Source of the DNA: Myxococcota bacterium
GTDB lineage: Bacteria; Myxococcota_A; SURF-8
DNA length: 64,000 nucleotides
Direction of reading: 5' to 3'
Assembly: GCA_965140415.1 (NCBI GenBank)
Contig: OZ223209.1
Location: 3,104,001 to 3,168,000, forward strand
This document shows positions 56,044 to 64,000 of this stretch, in pieces. The notes under the pieces were generated by a model. It ran no database searches. It saw only the letters and a program-made list of their open reading frames with translations, and was not told where the DNA came from. The number at the start of each line of letters is the position of its first letter. Within the stretch, counting starts at the first letter, position 1. The position numbers and the translations under genes were made by a program.

Positions 56044-57140
56044 GAAGTTCCTCCAGCGATCCAGCCGCCTCCCAGTACTTCATCACCATCGTAAAAAACT
56101 GCCGCCTGTCCCGGCGTAATTGCAGATTGCGGCTCATCGAAGATCACTTTCGCGCGACCACCGGGACGGATCGTCTCATCGTCGATGCTCATCAGCTTAG
56201 CTGGCGCGCCAGCATGTCGGGATCGGATCTGGCACACGATCTTTCTTTCCGGCTGTAAAGTCGAATGATCCACAAGGCTTAGGCCATCCAGCACGAGTTC
56301 CGACTGGTAGGTTTCCTCTTCGGAACCCACAATAACCCGGTTCTGTTCAGGATCGATGCCGATCACATACAAGCGTTCTGCGGCGGCAACACCCAGACCT
56401 CTTCGCTGACCGATGGTATAGCGATAAAAGCCGTTATGTTTTCCAAGTACCTTTCCGGAAAGATCCACAATGTCACCCGTGTTTACATCTTTAAGCCTGG
56501 GATCGGTTTGAACGAGATCGGCGTAGGAGCCATTCGCCACGAAACACACATCCTGGCTTTCTCTTTTATTTTCAGTACGTAAGCCGAATTGCCCTGCCAA
56601 TTCGCGCGTCTGTTCTTTGCTCAGTTCTCCCAACGGAAACCGAACCATTTCCAGCGCAGGTCTTTTCAGTCCAAAAAGAAAGTAAGACTGGTCTTTGCCT
56701 CTGTCAACACCCCGAAGCAGAAGAAACTTGTTATTCTTCTCCACAATACGTGCGTAATGCCCGGTGGCAAGCACGTCAGCGTCCAGAATTTTCGCCTGTT
56801 TGTAGAGTTTGTCGAATTTTAACAGGTCGTTACAAAGTACGCAGGGATTGGGCGTGCGTCCATGCACATACGCATCGATAAAAGGATTCACTACCAGATT
56901 TTTGAAATCTTCCCGATAATTCATCGGGTAAAAAGGAATTCCCAGTTGTTCGCAGACGCGCCGGGCATCGTTGACATCTTTTGGCGAGCAGCAGCTTTTC
57001 GCCGTGGCAGACGCGCAGGGATCACGGTCGTAATCCCACACATTCATCGTAATTCCAATAACTTCATATCCCTGTTGCTGTAACAGAGCGGCGGCGACCG
57101 AACTATCGACTCCACCACTCATGGCGACTACGGCTCGCAT
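56040..57140 (-). CDS. mnmA: tRNA 2-thiouridylase
   Basis: SGGVDS, TPNPCVLCN, TGHY, KDQSYFL, ESQDVCF, YTIGQRRG, ITPGQ. Confidence 0.97.
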   Translation of the reverse strand: MRAVVAMSGGVDSSVAAALLQQQGYEVIGITMNVWDYDRDPCASATAKSCCSPKDVNDARRVCEQLGIPFYPMNYREDFKNLVVNPFIDAYVHGRTPNPCVLCNDLLKFDKLYKQAKILDADVLATGHYARIVEKNNKFLLLRGVDRGKDQSYFLFGLKRPALEMVRFPLGELSKEQTRELAGQFGLRTENKRESQDVCFVANGSYADLVQTDPRLKDVNTGDIVDLSGKVLGKHNGFYRYTIGQRRGLGVAAAERLYVIGIDPEQNRVIVGSEEETYQSELVLDGLSLVDHSTLQPERKIVCQIRSRHAGAPAKLMSIDDETIRPGGRAKVIFDEPQSAITPGQAAVFYDGDEVLGGGWIAGGTS

Positions 57141-57180
57141 GTTTTCCTCATTTCCATACGTCTCATTTCATACCGGCCTC

Positions 57181-57209
57181 ATTATGTAGATGAGCAATCG
57201 GGCTGTCAA
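57181..57209 (-). promoter_or_regulatory. Sigma70-type promoter of mnmA-xerC-hslVU
   Basis: TTGACA-N17-CATAAT on the minus strand. Confidence 0.65.
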
Positions 57210-57325
57210 GTTCACGAGTTCTCATATTCGGAATGAGTTGATGAGACGAAAACGGTGATGATCCTGTTTTAGTTTGTTTTTGTTGTGTATGCAGAAGAGG
57301 CGTAGGCGCTGTAAAAATCACCATG

Positions 57326-57354
57326 AAAAAACGGCGGGCAAATGCTCCGCCGTT
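57326..57354 (-). terminator. Intrinsic terminator
   Basis: Minus strand AACGGCGGAGCA-TT-TGCCCGCCGTTTTTT downstream of 57383. Confidence 0.7.
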
Positions 57355-57382
57355 GCAGGAATCAGAAGCCAGAAAGTTTTCC

Positions 57383-59386
57383 CTACGGGCAGTTGAATTC
57401 CAACGTCACGCAATTCAGCAGACCGGAGTTGCCCTCTACGCCATCGGCAACGATCAGTGTCCACAAGCCTTCCCGATCCAGTTCCGCCCAATCCGAAATC
57501 GCGTAAATACCACGTAATTGGCTCGTATCCCCGGCGCTTCTAAGCTCAACGCTTTGCCCCGCTGGATTTCTCAAGCTGACGGTCAACTCTTCGGGAGCAT
57601 CGTGCTCGGCATCGATAGACAGACATAGTCCGCCCGCCGCTCCCGAATCCGTTACGGCGATTCCGGTCTCCGTTGCATCGTTATCGGCCAGCAGAACCGG
57701 TTGTGCCGGTGCGTCACAGCTTGCACAGCGTCCTCGCATACAGAACAAGCCCGGCATACAGCGTTCATCGCCACTTAAGCTGCAAGGCTCGTTTTGCTGT
57801 AAATCGCATTGCCCGATGGAACTTGAATCGGTCAGCAAAGTATGGCATTGAGTCGCAGCCGGGCAGGAGACGCGCTGCAATTGATCGTCTACGCAGGCCT
57901 GGCGCTGTTGATTGATGCAGATCTGACCGATATCCTGATTTGGTGCGCCGCCACAACCCTCAAGATGCTGGGCAGGTTGGCAATTCGGACGCACATTCCA
58001 GCACTCCAGCCATCCGGCAGGCGCATCGCTCATCTGCGCAACATCCAGTGTCCACTCGCCTTTTGCCGCTTCTCCATCGAAGTACGGCACGAAGTAAGTG
58101 AACTGGCCGACTCCCGGGGCCAGCATCGGATAGTAGTCCAATACCGCCTTGGTATTGTCAGGCGAGGTCAGGGTCAACAGCAGCGAATCCGCTTGCTCGA
58201 TACTGAAATCGAGATCCACACACAAACCGGAAATGACTTGATTCTCTTCGATTGTCAACGTGGACTGCACCTGTCCATTGGCCAATGCAAGATCCGCCGG
58301 AGTGTTGATCGCGTTGCATTCTCGCTCGCAATTAAACGAAAGATCCCAGCAATTCAAGCTACCTACACCCAATCCTTGATCGCTGCTCTTCTCGTTCTGG
58401 ATCTGCAATTCCCAGTCACCAACGGAAGTGACCTGATCGAAGTCATCTTCCACGATGAACTGCCGCTTGATATTCTGATCCAAATGCGAATTCATGCTAT
58501 AGAGATCCGTCTCGACTCCTGCATGTTTAAGCGTCAGACGCAGCTTTTCTGGATAGGCGCTGGTGATATCCACCGCAACGCAGACATGGGAAATGCTCGT
58601 ATCTTCCGTAATTGCCAGCACACTACTGACCTGCCCCGGAACCTCTCCGCTTTTCTCCGGAATCGTTAAAGGAGAAATCGTCGGGCAATCCGCCGTGGAG
58701 GCCACACAGCTTTTTTCCACCACATCGCAGGTCGTCAGTGGAGGACAGGCCACGATTTTATCCGGGCAGCAGTTAGGATCATCTGCCCAGTACGATAGCG
58801 CGCCCTCACCTTCACAGGCGGCAAAGACATAGCCGCAGCTTTGCGGTTCACACTGCTTGCTCACGACATCGCAGCTATTGCACTGCTGGCATTGTTGCCA
58901 TTCTCTCCAGGTGTTTTCCACACAACGCAACACGGTGGATCGATCTTCCGAACAGCTACGCTCACCCGAAAGGCACTCTACGATTTCTGCGTCTGCATCG
59001 TTTTCCTGGCTCTCGGTAATCTCTGCATCAACTTCTTCCTCCTGATCGAGATCGCCATCCGGGGACCAGTCGGTTTCCGAATCCATGTCGGAATCGTTTT
59101 CGGAAGCTTCGTCATCACGATCGCCATCCAGAGCGAGATCGCCATCGATGATCACGCCGTCTGCATCCGGTTCGGTTTCTTGCGTGTCCGGGTCGGGATC
59201 TGGATCGGAATCGATATCGCCATCCGTTGAATCCAGGTCTGTATCCGTTTCCGCTTCGTCAAGTTCACCTTCAATCTCATTGCTGTCCAGATCACCACCA
59301 GCCGGTTCAGCCGTTGAACTGGGGGAGCAGTTCCACAACAGCATCGTCAGAAGAGCAACAAGGCAAAAATCTAAATATTTCATCAC
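57383..59386 (-). CDS. Lipoprotein with acidic DGD linker, Cys-rich modules and three proprotein-convertase P-domain-like repeats
   Basis: Lipobox LWN-C; three copies of a V.VDI...L.LTL..P...G.W.L...G.L.CW pattern; no S8 catalytic motifs seen. Confidence 0.7.
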   Translation of the reverse strand: MMKYLDFCLVALLTMLLWNCSPSSTAEPAGGDLDSNEIEGELDEAETDTDLDSTDGDIDSDPDPDPDTQETEPDADGVIIDGDLALDGDRDDEASENDSDMDSETDWSPDGDLDQEEEVDAEITESQENDADAEIVECLSGERSCSEDRSTVLRCVENTWREWQQCQQCNSCDVVSKQCEPQSCGYVFAACEGEGALSYWADDPNCCPDKIVACPPLTTCDVVEKSCVASTADCPTISPLTIPEKSGEVPGQVSSVLAITEDTSISHVCVAVDITSAYPEKLRLTLKHAGVETDLYSMNSHLDQNIKRQFIVEDDFDQVTSVGDWELQIQNEKSSDQGLGVGSLNCWDLSFNCERECNAINTPADLALANGQVQSTLTIEENQVISGLCVDLDFSIEQADSLLLTLTSPDNTKAVLDYYPMLAPGVGQFTYFVPYFDGEAAKGEWTLDVAQMSDAPAGWLECWNVRPNCQPAQHLEGCGGAPNQDIGQICINQQRQACVDDQLQRVSCPAATQCHTLLTDSSSIGQCDLQQNEPCSLSGDERCMPGLFCMRGRCASCDAPAQPVLLADNDATETGIAVTDSGAAGGLCLSIDAEHDAPEELTVSLRNPAGQSVELRSAGDTSQLRGIYAISDWAELDREGLWTLIVADGVEGNSGLLNCVTLEFNCP

Positions 59387-59574
59387 TATTCCTCGATATC
59401 GGGTATCTTTCCGGTCATTCTAATGTTCGGCATTTTTCATAAACGACTTTAACATTATATCGCGAAAACCGAAGGAATGCGACAGGGGAAGCAAGAAAGG
59501 TCGTTGAAAATGCGTGAAGGCTTGTGGAATCTTCCGATTGAGTATGGCCTATCCGATGGAACATGGCTCCTGTC

Positions 59575-60880
59575 CACAGCTGTCCCGTTAACTATTGAAT
59601 AATTCCAACTGCTTACCAAAAGGGATATTGGTAGGCAGGGAGGCGTTTGCCTTTAGCACCTGTAAAATGGGGCTTTCCTCGAAAAGCGTGACGCTTAAAA
59701 TCTGTAGAATCGTCATCAAACTGTGCTCGAGATTCAGATCCTTTTTCAGAATCGCAACCAACAGATAAACCGTAATCGAAATCCACACTTGTGTCTTTAC
59801 CGCATTGGCGCTGCGACCGTAAAACGCCTTGATTCGCAGATTCTGTTTGATCCATTTGAAAAACACTTCGATACTCCACCGCAGCCGGTACAAGTCCGGA
59901 ATCGTTTCCGAAGAAAGATCAAAGTTGTTGGTCAGCCAGACAAATCGGGTGTTCGATTCTGGATCGATGTAGTTGATTCGCCGCACATGATCCGGATAGC
60001 GTCGAATGGAAGCACGGTCCACGAAGCTCACGGTCTGATCGGCGCGCAATCCCAAGCTCTTGTCGATGGGGTGTGAATAGATTCGCTTTGTGCTGGTGTT
60101 CTTGCTGGCTCTAAGAATGAAGAAGGCTCCCGCCCGATGGATGCGATGCATGCGTCCGTAATCGACATAACCGCGATCCATGATATAAAATGCGCCCGCT
60201 TCCAAAGGCAGAATATCCAGTAAACGCTTGTCATGGCTCTTGCCGTCCGTAATGGAAATAAAGGCGGGAATCCGTCCGCGAAGGTCCATTTGCGTGTGAA
60301 GACGCAATGATCCATTGTATCGCGTGAATTTGGCCCATGGAAAAAGCGACAAACTCAAATCAATCGCTGTCGTGTCGAGCGCGTAGGTGGTGGCGTCTAG
60401 GTCGACGGCGAGCTTCTCGTCCGCATACAGCGCGCGGGCGCGCCGTATCAGGGGCTGAGCGAGATCTGCGTAAATGCGCCAGTCGCGTTTTTCATTCGCT
60501 CTGGCCAGTGTGTTGCGAGAGACTTTTCCACGCAGACCCATGTGATAAAGTTTCAGCTGAATAGCCCGCAAGGTCGCTTCAATATCGCGCAGGCTTTCGC
60601 GGTAGGCCAGCTGGGCAAATGCCATGCAAATGAATTGATCCATACAGGAAAAGGTACGAATGCGCTTGTTCCCCTGATAGCGATTGACACAACGGCGGAA
60701 ATGGCGATCCGGCAAATAGTCGAGCACTTGCGAAAAGACAGTCTGTGTCATTTTGATCTCCTGCATTTCTTGACTATTCGAAATGCAGAAAAACTATCGC
60801 GGACACCTGATAATCACAAATTCAATCTGTAATAATAAGTAGTTGTAGCGCTGAACCTGGAAGTTAGCGGGACAGCTGTG
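59575..60880 (-). mobile_element. Complete IS4-family insertion sequence (1306 bp)
   Basis: 19-bp terminal IRs CACAGCTGTCCCG(T/C)TAACT at 59575-59593 and 60862-60880 (18/19 match); 10-bp DR GGCTCCTGTC at 59565-59574 and 60881-60890. Confidence 0.95.
59588..60751 (-). CDS. IS4-family DDE transposase (DUF4372-like N-terminus)
   Basis: TVFSQ...RESLRDI; ALDTT, MDRGY, YRLRWSIEVFFKWIKQ (YREK); AGGAG RBS before ATG 60751 (alternative ATG 60766). Confidence 0.95.
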   Translation of the reverse strand: MTQTVFSQVLDYLPDRHFRRCVNRYQGNKRIRTFSCMDQFICMAFAQLAYRESLRDIEATLRAIQLKLYHMGLRGKVSRNTLARANEKRDWRIYADLAQPLIRRARALYADEKLAVDLDATTYALDTTAIDLSLSLFPWAKFTRYNGSLRLHTQMDLRGRIPAFISITDGKSHDKRLLDILPLEAGAFYIMDRGYVDYGRMHRIHRAGAFFILRASKNTSTKRIYSHPIDKSLGLRADQTVSFVDRASIRRYPDHVRRINYIDPESNTRFVWLTNNFDLSSETIPDLYRLRWSIEVFFKWIKQNLRIKAFYGRSANAVKTQVWISITVYLLVAILKKDLNLEHSLMTILQILSVTLFEESPILQVLKANASLPTNIPFGKQLELFNS

Positions 60881-60908
60881 GGCTCCTGTCTTGTTCCGCA
60901 TGTTTTGG

Positions 60909-61006
60909 TCGGGTCTCTTGACCCGAAACCTATCCTGTTTCGAGGTATGCCGGACATATTTTGTCCGACATTTTGATGTGTCGGCCAGAAAATCTGACCG
61001 ACCTAC
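60909..61006. repeat. Cluster of REP-like hairpins, including a GTAG-type REP and an inverted degenerate partner
   Basis: Minus strand GTAG-GTCGGTCAGA-TTT-TCTGGCCGAC (60980-61006); plus strand GTAT-GCCGGACA-TATTT-TGTCCGAC (60945-60969); TCGGGTC-TCTT-GACCCGA (60909-60926). Confidence 0.5.
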
Positions 61007-61025
61007 TTTGGGAACACTCCCCCAT

Positions 61026-61064
61026 AAAAAACGCCCCGCCTCTAAAACAAGAAACGGAGCGTTT
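61026..61064 (-). terminator. Intrinsic terminator
   Basis: Minus strand ACGCTCCGTTTCT-loop-AGAGGCGGGGCGT (with G-U pairs) then T-run, downstream of 61084. Confidence 0.7.
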
Positions 61065-61083
61065 GAATGTCGAAGAAGAATAC

Positions 61084-62178
61084 TTAGAATTTGTACAGCT
61101 TCCGCAATTCCATCCGTTTCGCTTCGCCCATCTCGCTCCAGTATTCCGCACCGTCACGCGCGATGGTCACTTCGATTGAAGGCTGGTTGCCGTCTACGTC
61201 GATCAGGTGAATGTTGTCGGGATGACCGTTGGTGTCGCCGATCGAGCTGGTTTCGTAAACCGGAATGCTCCCGAACATCGTGTCGTGCTCCCAGATGTGA
61301 CCGTGACCCACAAAAATACCCAGCACTTTGTCTTTGACGTTTTCCACCAGATCGTAAAAGGGATCATCCTCTTCGATAAGGAAGGTCGGTAGGAAGGAAA
61401 AGAGGGAGTCTTCCGAATCGGTAATCGGCGGATGATGCATGAAAATCAACACCGGCTCGGCTTGATCCAGTTCGTCTTCAAACCAGCTTAGTTGCGCATC
61501 GTCGAAGGAACCGGTGCAAAACGATTCCGCCTGATTCCCCGTGCAGACCGCCGTGCGAGCATCGCCGCGATTGCTGTTTAAAAAGATCATCCGCACGCCT
61601 TCATGGACGAAGGAATAGTAGGGATCGATATCCAGCACCTTCTCCCAAACCGACTCGATGGCCTCCAGGTTGTCCGTGTTGATGCCTTCGTGGGCGTCGG
61701 CGTCGAAATCCTTTTGATAATCGTGGTTTCCGATAGCGACATAATAGGGAATCGACAAATCGTCCATGATATACTTAAAGGTATCCGCCGGGTTGTCGGG
61801 TGCTACCCCATTACCATAATCATCAGCGTTTTCCGAAAAAAGGCAGCCCACCAAGTCGCCGGTCACGGCCACGAAAGCGGAATCCGAGAATTCGTCGTTA
61901 ATACGGTCAACTGCGGCTTTCAAATTGTTTTGATTGCTAACCGGATCGTAAGGCCCGTCATCCGGATTGCCTTCCAGGCGCGTATGCGAATCCGAAATCA
62001 GTACGATGCGGAAAGGATTGACTTGAACGTCTTCGGCCTGATCGCCATCCGTGACCTCGCTGTCACCGTCGGTCACATCATCGCCATCGATAACGGTTTC
62101 GTCGTCACTGCCGCAAGCCGCGAGGATCGATAGCGTAAACAGGATGAAAAGCCACATGAAAAGTCGGGAGCGCATCAT
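61084..62178 (-). CDS. Calcineurin-like metallophosphoesterase lipoprotein
   Basis: Lipobox LAA-C; three DGD; ISDSH, TGDL, GNHD, MHHPP, GHGH. Confidence 0.9.
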   Translation of the reverse strand: MMRSRLFMWLFILFTLSILAACGSDDETVIDGDDVTDGDSEVTDGDQAEDVQVNPFRIVLISDSHTRLEGNPDDGPYDPVSNQNNLKAAVDRINDEFSDSAFVAVTGDLVGCLFSENADDYGNGVAPDNPADTFKYIMDDLSIPYYVAIGNHDYQKDFDADAHEGINTDNLEAIESVWEKVLDIDPYYSFVHEGVRMIFLNSNRGDARTAVCTGNQAESFCTGSFDDAQLSWFEDELDQAEPVLIFMHHPPITDSEDSLFSFLPTFLIEEDDPFYDLVENVKDKVLGIFVGHGHIWEHDTMFGSIPVYETSSIGDTNGHPDNIHLIDVDGNQPSIEVTIARDGAEYWSEMGEAKRMELRKLYKF

Positions 62179-62345
62179 GTTGTAACTCCTTGAATTGGTT
62201 TACAATTGCAACGGCACAAATCATCGCGAAGTGGCAACGACGCGATTCGCGTATTGTTTAGATAATATAAAATGGATCGCATTACCAGCGATTTTACAGG
62301 AAAAGACGGTTAGTTTTCAGTTCAGACCGCAATCGCCGCTACCGA

Positions 62346-63608
62346 CTAGAGCGACATCAAGCGCCAAACCAGGTAGGTCAAACTGAAGAGCGTTAAAAAG
62401 GCCATGCCCGCCCAGGCAAGAACACGCAGCCAGGGACGCGGACGAAATTCTTCCGGCACATGCGGCAGAGTCGCCGCCTTGAAATTCAGGTAAGCAAAAG
62501 GCGGAGCGCTTAAGAACGAGATGATGGTCACGATATCGAGCAGGGTCCGCATTCCGCTGATAAACGCACCGATAATCAATAGGCTGGTGCAGATCAACAC
62601 GAATAGAATTCCCCAGTACCACACGCCGCCGCGCGTCGCCTGCCGATTTCGGATCAACTCCATCGATCCCTTCAGCGTTCGCGTATAGCCGTCGAAGACG
62701 GTCAACGTCGTACTGAACATCGTGATAAACGCGACAATGGCAATCAGGCCGAAACTCCAGCCCCCAAGCGTTTTTGTGTACAAGGTAACCAGCTGCCCGG
62801 AAAATTTCAAGCCGCTGTTGGCAAACTGTTCCCCGGTACCGAACATCACCAACGCTCCGAGGCAGACGAAAGCCAGCGCCAGCATTACGGTGGAAAGATA
62901 ACCGGCGTGAAAATCCACCAGCGCTTCATTCAAGGTCGGCTTATGCTGGGTCTGCTCCTTGCGCTCCAACCCCCAAAGCGACGGCCACACGGAAATGTCG
63001 ATGGGACCGGGCATCCAGCCCATCAGCGCGATAATGAACGAGAAACTGGCCAGCGTCCACAGATCGGGAGCCTGATAATCCGGCGCACCCACCGGACCAT
63101 GAAGAAAGGCCATGGTCACTGCGACAATCGTGCAGAGCCCCAGCACCAGTACCATGATTTTCATCAGGGCATCGAGTAGTGGATATTTGCCAATCAGCAG
63201 AATCAAACACACGATGAACAATACAACGGCGGAAATCGCCAGCGGCGACAAGGTGATATCCAGCATCAACCCTGCCAGACCTGCGGTGATCAGCGTGACG
63301 GCGGCGGCGTTTAAAATCGCGGCCACAATCGCCAGCAGGAAAAAGAGCCATAAGGCCCAGGAGCCGATACGCTTATAGCCATCCAATAGGCTTTCGCCGG
63401 TGGCTGCCGTGTAGCGATGCGAAAACTCGAAGAAAGGATATTTGAACAGGTTGACCAGCAGCACGATCCAGATCAGGTCGAAACCGAAATCGGCACCGGC
63501 GCGTGTGGATTGTACCAGGTGCGAGCCTCCGATGGCGGCGCCCGCGAAGAGAATTCCAGGTCCGAGAGTTTTTACGACACCGGAGAAACGTCCTTGTTCG
63601 GAAATCAT
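62346..63608 (-). CDS. NRAMP-like divalent metal cation transporter
   Basis: LGPGILFAGAAIGGSHLVQSTRAGA; MFSTT; about 11 TMs. Confidence 0.85.
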   Translation of the reverse strand: MISEQGRFSGVVKTLGPGILFAGAAIGGSHLVQSTRAGADFGFDLIWIVLLVNLFKYPFFEFSHRYTAATGESLLDGYKRIGSWALWLFFLLAIVAAILNAAAVTLITAGLAGLMLDITLSPLAISAVVLFIVCLILLIGKYPLLDALMKIMVLVLGLCTIVAVTMAFLHGPVGAPDYQAPDLWTLASFSFIIALMGWMPGPIDISVWPSLWGLERKEQTQHKPTLNEALVDFHAGYLSTVMLALAFVCLGALVMFGTGEQFANSGLKFSGQLVTLYTKTLGGWSFGLIAIVAFITMFSTTLTVFDGYTRTLKGSMELIRNRQATRGGVWYWGILFVLICTSLLIIGAFISGMRTLLDIVTIISFLSAPPFAYLNFKAATLPHVPEEFRPRPWLRVLAWAGMAFLTLFSLTYLVWRLMSL

Positions 63609-63638
63609 AGCGGTTCCTGTCAGGCAGTCTAAATCACC

Positions 63639-64000
63639 TTAGCGTTGGGCACAGTCACACCAGTGATACTCATATTCATCATTCCAACCACAGCCGTTAC
63701 TGCTCGTTCCGTAGCTAGTGCTGCAAATGTTACTACACGTATAGAGCGTCCAATCGCCGCTTTCACAGATACACACATCGTCATCAACACAAAACGAAAT
63801 GTCCCTTGTCGCATCACACGCGCCGCTGCAATTGTCGTCAGTATTCGTGGTGCTCGAATCCCAATCACCATCTGACATGGATTCAAATAAGGCTTCGATC
63901 TCATCCACCAGATCTCCCGGCATGCAATACTTATTCGATCCTCCCCAAAGTATCGAAACAACTTCCGCATCCAGATATCCATCCCGCACCCAGCTATAGG
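63639..64000 (-). CDS. Partial CDS (3' end), Cys-rich C-terminus, function unknown
   Basis: Frame is open to the window edge (...YSWVRDGYLD...) and ends with a Cys-rich module and TAA at 63639. Confidence 0.6.
   Translation of the reverse strand, partial: YSWVRDGYLDAEVVSILWGGSNKYCMPGDLVDEIEALFESMSDGDWDSSTTNTDDNCSGACDATRDISFCVDDDVCICESGDWTLYTCSNICSTSYGTSSNGCGWNDEYEYHWCDCAQR

Noticed and set aside
60891-61337. ORFs 60891-61337, 60930-61157 and 60961-61179
   Set aside because: They span REP-like hairpins, a terminator and the end of the phosphoesterase gene, and have no protein-like features.

Overview
A gene-dense chromosomal window from a Gram-negative bacterium. AgmX/PglI-type TonB-C proteins and many Cys-rich lipoproteins suggest a Myxococcota/deltaproteobacterial lineage (inference). 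Housekeeping genes (bcp, nfi, yfgM-bamB-like, pyrG, fumC, mutY, pyrE, hslUV, xerC, mnmA, exbBD-like) are interleaved with many cell-surface genes. The most notable items are: (1) a five-gene operon of predicted lipoproteins, including two GH13 amylases and a GH15 glucoamylase, with an 11-module EGF-like stalk, a stand-alone EGF lipoprotein and a lectin-like lipoprotein, but no transporter; (2) an acidic Asp-Gly-Asp (DGD) motif shared by six unrelated lipoproteins; (3) a GT2-flippase fusion plus three large GT-C-like membrane proteins, near an NTP-transferase/CDP-alcohol-phosphotransferase pair; (4) a secreted protein with class II thioester-domain motifs; (5) a PAP2 gene broken by one in-frame TAA; (6) a complete 1306-bp IS4-family element with 19-bp IRs and 10-bp DRs inserted in a palindrome beside REP-like hairpins. 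No rRNA, tRNA, CRISPR array or prophage was recognised. All family calls come from motif recognition by eye; no database searches were run.
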